IMG/VR virus record: IMGVR_UViG_3300021400_000026
Strand: one strand, 5' to 3'
DNA length: 64,000 bases
Source of the DNA: a virus
In this document: in pieces, positions 59,197 through 64,000 of the stretch
Layout: each line of letters opens with the position of its first letter
How positions within the stretch are numbered: position 1 is the stretch's first letter
Translations under genes and position numbers: made by a program
Notes under the pieces: generated by a model
What the model saw: the letters and a program-made list of their open reading frames with translations, nothing else
The model's database searches: none
Told to the model about the DNA's origin: nothing

Positions 59197-59712
59197 CTAA
59201 AAATTAAAAGTGCTTGCCTTACGTTCCATTACTGACTTGATGATGTGAAACATGCTGTTGTTCAACTGACGCGCCACATTGTCAATGTTGCTGATGGTGA
59301 TGTTCTCAGCCCTGGCAATGCTCTGCACTTGGTTGATAAGACCGTTTGTGGTGTTGATGCCGACAAAATCAATATCCATCCTGCCTTCATTCAGGAGGTC
59401 GATGTACTCATTCTTCAGGTCTAACCCCACAATGAAGCACTCGCCCATGTCTGTTTTCGCCTCCAGCACAATGTGCATACCCTTCGATTCGGTCTCACCG
59501 TCCTCTATCATCTCGGATGTGCGAACCTCCACCAGCCGCATGAGGGTCGTGACTGGCTTCTTCGGATTCGCTAATCCGCAGCCGCTAACAAAACCAACGG
59601 CTCGCAAGCTGTCTGCCACCGTAGCCGTAATCTTGCTCACCGGCTCAATAGTGTCTAACAAAACGAAGGTTTCCTTCTCGCCGTCTTTCACTGTGATTTT
59701 TACCGTTCTCAT
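59197..59712 (-). CDS. hypothetical protein
   Basis: ORF-track ORF with the AAGGAACTATG leader. Confidence 0.55.
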   Translation of the reverse strand: MRTVKITVKDGEKETFVLLDTIEPVSKITATVADSLRAVGFVSGCGLANPKKPVTTLMRLVEVRTSEMIEDGETESKGMHIVLEAKTDMGECFIVGLDLKNEYIDLLNEGRMDIDFVGINTTNGLINQVQSIARAENITISNIDNVARQLNNSMFHIIKSVMERKASTFNF

Positions 59713-59723
59713 AGTTCCTTGTT

Positions 59724-59993
59724 TTATGATAAGTGACCATACTTGCGCTGTGCGCGTTTTACACTCTTCTGGAATTCCTTCTCAAACTCTTCGTGGCTGA
59801 TGGGTTTCACGATGCTGATGGCAGTGTGCCTTGCCTCGCTGAACTCATTCCTGCCCAAACATGAACCAAAAGGATTCAGGATTTCAAGGTCAACGCCAAA
59901 CGAAAGGGAGTGACCCGTTACCTTACATACGCCGTAGTCTTTGTGATCTACGATAGTGCCAACCGGCAGACTTCTTAACTCTTGCTGTGTCAT
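59724..59993 (-). CDS. hypothetical protein (first gene after promoter 60049..60080)
   Basis: ORF-track ORF. Confidence 0.55.
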   Translation of the reverse strand: MTQQELRSLPVGTIVDHKDYGVCKVTGHSLSFGVDLEILNPFGSCLGRNEFSEARHTAISIVKPISHEEFEKEFQKSVKRAQRKYGHLS

Positions 59994-60048
59994 TTTCTTT
60001 AAGCGTTGTTTATGCTGTTGCTCCCAGCTCTAATTGTTTAACACGATG

Positions 60049-60080
60049 CAAAGATAAGCCTTTTATCTGAAACGTACAAG
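60049..60080 (-). promoter_or_regulatory. Bacteroidetes-type promoter (-7 box TATCTTTG)
   Basis: The reverse complement of CAAAGATA at 60049-60056, in an AT-rich 170-nt intergenic gap. Confidence 0.55.
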
Positions 60081-60164
60081 TATTTATACATTTATTTGTG
60101 TTTTTGTGCCGCTTTTTATACTTTATTAACAGAAAAAGCGTAATATCTTATACATTTCAAAGGT

Positions 60165-60380
60165 TTATTCATAACTTGGTGGTTCATTAAAAAGTCCTTC
60201 CATATCTTTCTTCGCCTTTTGGATTTTCTCGTCAAGTTCTCTTTGGCGAGGCAATATCATTTCTAACCCGTCTTTCTTCATTACGAGTTTCATCCTTCCT
60301 CGCTTCTTTGGTTCTGTCTCACGAAACATCATCTGTCCCGTGGCAGGGTTTATCGCCCATTGTAGCTGTTTCTTCTTCAT
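60165..60380 (-). CDS. hypothetical small basic protein
   Basis: ORF-track ORF. Confidence 0.5.
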   Translation of the reverse strand: MKKKQLQWAINPATGQMMFRETEPKKRGRMKLVMKKDGLEMILPRQRELDEKIQKAKKDMEGLFNEPPSYE

Positions 60381-60383
60381 AGT

Positions 60384-60704
60384 TCACTCTCCTTTCCATG
60401 CTTTCATAAATACCTCGAAGTCCTTGCTGTCTATCCACACAATATCGCTGATTTTCGGCTGATACTGAAACATGATGCCAAAAACTTGGTCATGCGTGGT
60501 TTCCTCTTCGGTGACAGCGGTCACACATACCACCTTGTCGGTATCTACCCACAGCGTTTGATAGTCTGGCTGTTCAAGCAGATATTCCTTCAGTGTCTTA
60601 CCCATAAGGGCTTTGGTGAACATGCCTTCAAGTCCTTCAGCATTGTCCATCGTTTTTGCTACTGTAGCAGAAAAAGTTCTGCGTGTCAATTTGATTTTTG
60701 CCAT
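60384..60704 (-). CDS. hypothetical protein, paralog of 8071..8391
   Basis: Trimmed to MAKIKLTRRTFSATVAKTMDNAEGLEGM (AAGGAACTATG leader). Confidence 0.65.
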   Translation of the reverse strand: MAKIKLTRRTFSATVAKTMDNAEGLEGMFTKALMGKTLKEYLLEQPDYQTLWVDTDKVVCVTAVTEEETTHDQVFGIMFQYQPKISDIVWIDSKDFEVFMKAWKGE

Positions 60705-60835
60705 AGTTCCTTGATAATTTATGAGAAATTCGTTCAATTCGTGTTCATTTATTCTTTCCTCCCTCTATTGCCCTGTCGGGCTTCCTCGGTCGGCTCTCGG
60801 CCGCTCGGCTTTGCCGCTTGCCTAAGCAAGAATGC

Positions 60836-62032
60836 TCAAACACGTTTGGCATTGCCCTCGCTCCTCCCTCGGTTCATATACTCCCCGATATGCACCACCT
60901 GCTTCGCCATGCACCAGTCGGCGATGTCCTTGCCGCCACCATAGACCACGAGGTTCGGGCGGTCGCACTCGCTGATGCGGCGGGCCATCTCCAGGTGGCG
61001 GTCGAGGGTGGGCTGCCAGCCGCTCACGCCTCGGGTGAAGAAGGCGTTGTAGCCCTGGGGGATGCCGAGGGCGTTCCAGCGTTCAAGGTGGGGCGACACG
61101 TTCAGGTCGGCCCATACCTGTAGGCCGCACTCCTGAAGGTAGCGGGCGAGGTAGCGTTTGCGGTAGATCTGATAGAGGGCGATGGCGACGGGCGTCTGGT
61201 CGTGGATGCTGACGTTTGGCTCTACGACGGCGCGACAGCCGGACTGCAACAGCAGGATGGGGTTCTTGAAGAGTTGCTCGAATCGGTAGTCATCCACATA
61301 GAAGTGGTAGGTGGTGATGCCTTTCTTGTAGCGGCCTTCAGCTCCCCACGGGGCGAGGGGCAGTTCCACGTGTACGGGCTGGCGGTCGCTGAGCAGTGTG
61401 GGTATCTGATACTCGTTGTCGGTCGGGTAGAGGTAGTCGCCCATCATGCGGTAGTAGAACGACAGGCGGTCTTCATGTCCGTCCACATCTTCATCAACTT
61501 GTCCATTTGCTCCATCGTCACTGGCAGTTGACGATGAAAGCCCTCGCTGTCCGTTGTGGTTATTATCCACATCGGCGATTTCTTGTCTTTTGTTAGTTCT
61601 ATCATTGTCATTTGAATTTAGGATTGTCGCTGGTTCGAACTGGGGCATCTCGAACTCCAGTCCGATGGCATCGAAATCGACGACGGGCTGGAAGTCGCTG
61701 ACGAGCAGCTGTGCGTCCCACTCGCCCACGTTGATGTTGCCCATGAGGATGAGCCGTGCGCGCTCCTCTTCGGTCAGGTCGGTGTAGATGATGCACGGTG
61801 CGGCCTTGCGCTTCAGCCGAGCGAGAGCCTTCTTGCGCTGATTTCCGTCGAGCACGTAGTAGTCCGAGGTGCCGGGGATGGGTTCCACGGCGAGGGCGCG
61901 GTGGGCGTAGAAGCCGTTCTCGCGGATGGAGCGGCAGAGTTGGTTGAGTTTCGCCTGTGTCACGGTGCGCGGATTGTTGGGCAGCACGCGGAGGTGGCGA
62001 AGGGGGATGAGGGTTACTTCACTGGTGGTCAT
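60836..62032 (-). CDS. ParB-like nuclease domain + DUF4417 protein
   Basis: The N-terminus LIPLRHLRVLPNNPR...YYVLDGNQRKKAL is a ParB/Srx fold. The C-terminus YHFYVDDYRFEQLFKNP...VVEPNVSIHDQTP...IYRKRYLARYLQECGLQVWADLN follows the DUF4417 pattern. Confidence 0.7.
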   Translation of the reverse strand: MTTSEVTLIPLRHLRVLPNNPRTVTQAKLNQLCRSIRENGFYAHRALAVEPIPGTSDYYVLDGNQRKKALARLKRKAAPCIIYTDLTEEERARLILMGNINVGEWDAQLLVSDFQPVVDFDAIGLEFEMPQFEPATILNSNDNDRTNKRQEIADVDNNHNGQRGLSSSTASDDGANGQVDEDVDGHEDRLSFYYRMMGDYLYPTDNEYQIPTLLSDRQPVHVELPLAPWGAEGRYKKGITTYHFYVDDYRFEQLFKNPILLLQSGCRAVVEPNVSIHDQTPVAIALYQIYRKRYLARYLQECGLQVWADLNVSPHLERWNALGIPQGYNAFFTRGVSGWQPTLDRHLEMARRISECDRPNLVVYGGGKDIADWCMAKQVVHIGEYMNRGRSEGNAKRV

Positions 62033-62038
62033 AGGGGG

Positions 62039-62833
62039 TTATTTTGTTTCGTTGATACTGATTTTGCCTTGCATGACGGCATCGGTCTGGCGGTCTTTGA
62101 TGTTCTCAAACTCGATGGCGCAGAACAGCGAGCAGTCGGGGGCAATGGCGGTCACGGGGTCGCCACGGTCGGGGTCGAGTTCGTCAAGCCAAATGCGCCC
62201 GTGGTCATCTTTCAGACACGTTGCTCCCACTTGTCGCTCTATCTCGGCCATGCGCCGGAAGCGGTCGGGGAAGTCGCGCCGTATCTTGTTCCAATAGCCG
62301 ATACCGCCCTTCACACAGCCGATGCAGTTGTTGTTGTTATATCCGAGGCGGTACATGGCGGGCAGTTCGATGCCAGCCTTCAGCAACATGCCGAGCGCGT
62401 CCTGCTTGGTAATCATGCGCTCAATCAAGGGAAACAGCGGCTTTGTCTTGGGGTTCTGCTGGCGGAAGCGGATGGCGCGGTTCACCTCTCGCTCGCAGTA
62501 GTCGAATCCCCACACCTGACCGTCCCACTCCTTCACCTCGTCCTCGAACTTGTAGCGCACCTCCTTCTTCAGTAGCGACGTGCAAGCGGCTCCGTGCGGC
62601 CCGTTGATGTAGGTCTTGCGGATGAGTACATCGTCCACGTCGCGGTACTTCGTGCTGCTGATGCGCTCGATGCTCTGTCCGTACCATCGCTCGCAGTCGC
62701 GGATGAAACGCTCATTGTCGGGGTGTCCCGAATGGGTCTCGATATAGACGATGCGCACGTCACTATACATCGTGAGTGCTATCTTGCAAGCCACGGCACT
62801 TGTCGCGCCGCAGCTGAACCATGCTATTACCAT
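62039..62833 (-). CDS. PAPS reductase-like / PP-loop ATP pyrophosphatase family protein
   Basis: Trimmed to MVIAWFSCGATSAV (a PP-loop-like variant of SGGxDS). The C-terminal NNCIGCVKGGIGYW carries a Cys pair. The gene is adjacent to the ParB-like gene. Confidence 0.55.
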   Translation of the reverse strand: MVIAWFSCGATSAVACKIALTMYSDVRIVYIETHSGHPDNERFIRDCERWYGQSIERISSTKYRDVDDVLIRKTYINGPHGAACTSLLKKEVRYKFEDEVKEWDGQVWGFDYCEREVNRAIRFRQQNPKTKPLFPLIERMITKQDALGMLLKAGIELPAMYRLGYNNNNCIGCVKGGIGYWNKIRRDFPDRFRRMAEIERQVGATCLKDDHGRIWLDELDPDRGDPVTAIAPDCSLFCAIEFENIKDRQTDAVMQGKISINETK

Positions 62834-63039
62834 AATTGTGCGTAGATTGTAGGCTGTCCGTTGTTCGTTGGCGGCAGCGTGGTTGCCTTGATCTCTCTCG
62901 GTGTCAGTATAGGCGCAGCCCATCGCTCACCCGTAACGTCGTAATAGTACATCTGCCAACGTCGGCAGTTCTGTGTGGCGATACGCTTGCGCTCCTTGCG
63001 GATGCGAGTCTCGAGGTCGTAAATAACTGTTGCTTTCAT
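62827..63039 (-). CDS. hypothetical small protein
   Basis: ORF 62827..63060 was trimmed to the ATG at 63039 (MKATVIYDLE), preceded by TTCAAGGGAGC. Confidence 0.5.
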   Translation of the reverse strand: MKATVIYDLETRIRKERKRIATQNCRRWQMYYYDVTGERWAAPILTPREIKATTLPPTNNGQPTIYAQLW

Positions 63040-63232
63040 GCTCCCTTGAAGTTTTGACAAATAAAAGATGCGGCACTACGCGCTGTCAAGGTCATTCAAG
63101 GGATGTACCTTTGGGGTCGTTGTCCGATACCCCACGCGGTGCCGCTGTTGTTTGTTTCTTTGCCCGTATTGCACAAAATAAGCAGCCTTTTTCGGGGCTG
63201 CTGCTTCATGCCCCTTGAATGTTTTGACGGTG

Positions 63233-63263
63233 CAAAGATATACATTAGTTTTGATATTGCAAA
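63233..63263 (-). promoter_or_regulatory. Bacteroidetes-type promoter (TTTG-N19-TATCTTTG)
   Basis: On the minus strand, TATCTTTG lies at 63233-63240 and TTTG at 63260-63263 with a 19-nt spacer. Confidence 0.65.
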
Positions 63264-63399
63264 ACTTTTCGGGAGAAAAATTACTTACGGGGGTGAAATT
63301 CGTGTAAATTCGTGTCATTCGTGTTCAAAAAGAAGAGAGCCACCCTTGCGGATGACTCTCACGGTCTTATCTTTGGTCGGATAGCCTTGTGGTAGAGCC

Positions 63400-63654
63400 T
63401 TAGCGGTTCTGAGTCCAGTTGACGTAGTTGTCGAAGAACTCCTCCTTGTCGCTGAAACGATGGATGCCGTCAACGGGTGTGCTCTGCCAGTCTTGGTCGA
63501 GCGCGTCGGCCAATGCCTTGGCAGCGTTCACGCTACCACGAGCGTATTCGGCGAGGTTTTCGTTGTCGTTGTTCAGTGCGTCTGCATTCTTGTCAGCAAT
63601 GGCTGCTGCCATAATCTTCTGTGCGGCTTCTGCCACGAAATCTTTGTAAATCAT
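63400..63654 (-). CDS. hypothetical acidic protein
   Basis: ORF-track ORF. Confidence 0.55.
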   Translation of the reverse strand: MIYKDFVAEAAQKIMAAAIADKNADALNNDNENLAEYARGSVNAAKALADALDQDWQSTPVDGIHRFSDKEEFFDNYVNWTQNR

Positions 63655-63736
63655 GTTACTTGTTTTTAATTGTTATACATTAAAGAGAGCCGACATACAT
63701 CAGCCCTCTTACATCATACATCTTACATCCCGAAGG

Positions 63737-64000
63737 TCATCCTTCCAGCTCCCCGCCCTGCGTATTGCCGCCGGTCGAGCCGCCAGTATTGTCGCCGCCA
63801 CCGCCGGGAGTTTCGGGCTCTTCGGCCACGATGTCGGTTGCAACGTACTTCACTTTCTGGGCCTGCTTGTTCAGGGCAAACTGCTTCGAGTACTTGATGC
63901 CGATGGTTGCGCCCAGCGTCCACTGGAGCAGGTCGGGAGTCAGCATGTCCTCGGTGGCCACCTGTGCGCCGCCGTACTTCTCGGGCTCGGCCTGTACCTG
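63737..64000 (-). CDS. hypothetical protein, 5' end probably outside the window
   Basis: The frame is open from 63737 to the window edge, and the ORF-track start at 63961 is a GTG. The C-terminal tail is Gly-rich. Confidence 0.45.
   Translation of the reverse strand, partial: QVQAEPEKYGGAQVATEDMLTPDLLQWTLGATIGIKYSKQFALNKQAQKVKYVATDIVAEEPETPGGGGDNTGGSTGGNTQGGELEG

Larger units (their letters stand above)
1..64000. mobile_element. Temperate HK97-like siphovirus genome segment (prophage or circularly permuted phage contig) with Bacteroidales-type expression signals
   Basis: Contiguous phage modules are present: HNH-TerS-TerL, primase/helicase/SSB, integrase plus regulator, portal-protease-HK97 capsid, tail tube, G/GT chaperones, tape measure, tail fibre and endolysin. 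No host housekeeping gene was recognised anywhere. Confidence 0.9.

Overview
The whole 64-kb window appears to be phage DNA: a temperate HK97-like siphovirus, either a prophage or a circularly permuted contig. I found no host housekeeping gene. Expression signals look Bacteroidales-like: TAnnTTTG -7 promoter boxes, a recurrent AAGGAACT-ATG start context, and many hairpin plus T-run terminators. Nearly all genes are on the minus strand.

Layout:
- Left arm (1-20 kb): a truncated N6 DNA methyltransferase, three HNH endonucleases, many small early genes, an HNH / P27-type TerS / TerL packaging cluster, primase, a RecA-fold helicase-like ATPase, a DUF3127-type SSB and a candidate origin.
- Centre (20.0-20.8 kb): two non-canonical tRNA-like genes and triplicated hairpin repeats.
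- Only plus-strand block (21.7-25.6 kb): the lysogeny island, with an HTH regulator, a tyrosine integrase, a HIRAN-domain protein and a fimbrillin-like lipoprotein.
- Right arm (26-53 kb): the late module. It holds a tail fibre with an S74 chaperone domain, tape measure, a G/GT chaperone pair with a GGGAAAA -1 slippery site, two tail-tube paralogs, HK97 capsid, prohead protease, portal, connector proteins and an M15 endolysin.
- Far right (54-64 kb): more early-type genes, including three paralogous XRE regulators and a ParB-DUF4417 plus PAPS-reductase-like pair.

The strongest finding is a complete diversity-generating retroelement. It comprises an RT (45708-47045), a 117-nt template repeat (47247-47363) and a variable repeat (47755-47871) at the C-terminus of a 791-aa fibre-like protein. 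All 17 mismatches between the repeats fall at template adenines. No Avd-like gene is present.

Other observations that the gene list does not explain:
- an oriented 8-mer, GTAAACCC, at 13 late-gene boundaries
- 24-bp-phased TATAAAGGGTG arrays at two loci
- a roughly 415-bp array of 61-76-bp repeats that each carry a -7-like box
- several conserved hairpin elements, one pair with compensatory changes
- face-to-face promoter boxes at the lysis/lysogeny switch

All functional calls come from motifs read by eye. No database search was possible.
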